Part shown: positions 63,152 to 64,000 of the stretch, piece after piece
How positions within the stretch are numbered: the first letter of the stretch is position 1
How the letters are laid out: the number at the start of each line of letters is the position of its first letter
Position numbers and translations under genes: made by a program
NCBI GenBank assembly: GCA_963832745.1
Contig: CAWHVC010000003.1
Span: 1-64,000 of the forward strand
Reading direction: 5' to 3'
From: Candidatus Bathyarchaeota archaeon
GTDB lineage: Archaea > Thermoproteota > Bathyarchaeia > Bathyarchaeales > Bathycorpusculaceae
DNA length: 64,000 bases
The notes under the pieces: generated by a model
Seen by the model: only the letters and a program-made list of their open reading frames with translations
Databases searched by the model: none
Told to the model about the DNA's origin: nothing

Positions 63152-63895
63152 ATGATGACTCAAAACCTCCTCATAAAACCAACAATAACAACAACACAAC
63201 AACGCCCAGCAACACGCTTAACGCTAAACATGCCAGACGTCGACCAGTTGTTCCCAGGATTCAAACCAGGAGACTTCGCAGTCCTCTACGGTTCACCGTC
63301 CCTAATCTCACTCGCTGCGAGAATATGTGTCCGAGCACAAATACCCACACAACTCGGTGGCTTAGCAAGCAACGTAGTTTTCATTGACGGCGGAAACACC
63401 TTTAGACTTTACAAAACAGCCCGCATAGCGCAACTACACGGAATAGACTCACACAAGGTACTTGAGCGCATTTTCATTTCACGAGCCTTTACCGCTTACC
63501 AATTAACCTCACTTATAATGGAAAAATTAGAAGACACCGTGAAAAAATACAACACTAAAATCGTAGTCATCTCAGACATCGCCGGTTTTTTCCTTGATGA
63601 GGATATTCCAGAGGAAGAAGCACAAAAAGTCTACAGCCAAATCCTCAACTACTTAGCAAGTTTTGCAAAAAAACACCAAATAATCCTAATTGCCACTTAC
63701 CTGCCACATAATAACACAAAAAGAAACACGGCACTCAAAGAAACAACCCTTGCAAAAGCCAACATTGTCCTGTCCTTTAGCAAAACACCCTACACCAGCG
63801 ACATAGAACTTGAAAAGCACCCAACCTATGTTTTAGGAGTCGCCGATTATCCAACAGAAAACATGACACTGATGGATTTCGTAGATAACCAATAA
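63152..63895 (+). CDS. RadA/Rad51-like protein with degenerate Walker A
   Basis: VVFIDGGNTF, LERIFISRAFTAYQL, VVISD; P-loop reads LYGSPSLIS (no GKT). Confidence 0.88.
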   Translation: MMTQNLLIKPTITTTQQRPATRLTLNMPDVDQLFPGFKPGDFAVLYGSPSLISLAARICVRAQIPTQLGGLASNVVFIDGGNTFRLYKTARIAQLHGIDSHKVLERIFISRAFTAYQLTSLIMEKLEDTVKKYNTKIVVISDIAGFFLDEDIPEEEAQKVYSQILNYLASFAKKHQIILIATYLPHNNTKRNTALKETTLAKANIVLSFSKTPYTSDIELEKHPTYVLGVADYPTENMTLMDFVDNQ

Positions 63896-63915
63896 AAAAG
63901 CAACAATTGCCAATG

Positions 63916-63999
63916 TTAGTTAAAGAAAAAATTGGCAGCATACCTTTCGAGCATACGCTTCTTCTTATTTACAGGTTTTTTTACTTCAGGTTCAACTTC
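63916..63999 (-). CDS. 3' end of a gene running off the window
   Basis: Open frame EVEPEVKKPVNKKKRMLERYAANFFFN*. Confidence 0.35.
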   Translation of the reverse strand, partial: EVEPEVKKPVNKKKRMLERYAANFFFN

Positions 64000-64000
64000 T

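Overview
Archaeal chromosomal window, most likely Bathyarchaeia (inferred from TFB, aIF-2alpha, ABCE1, the archaeal modified mevalonate pathway, a stand-alone 5S rRNA, a D-arm-intron tRNA-Leu and many C-terminally anchored surface proteins). Housekeeping genes include a DEAD-box helicase, aIF-2alpha, pyk, tfb, mvk, AMPD/PMDh, MEMO1-rpsB-eno-ABCE1 and a RadA-like gene. An accessory island of about 16 kb (35.1-51.5 kb) separates the mevalonate genes. It carries three tRNA-Pro-like 3'-end fragments, a probable deleted tyrosine-integrase remnant, decayed element genes, stress cargo (katG, VOC, GNAT, DUF1801) and an orphan HTH plus terminase large subunit pair with no portal or capsid gene. A second highlight is a membrane-tethered winged-HTH regulator beside three secreted-protein genes whose promoters share palindromic boxes and an atypical CCTTAACT core at conserved spacing. 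The window also holds several unannotated microproteins, two candidate ncRNAs, probable non-canonical start codons and several interrupted genes. All calls are by eye from sequence motifs; no database searches were run.
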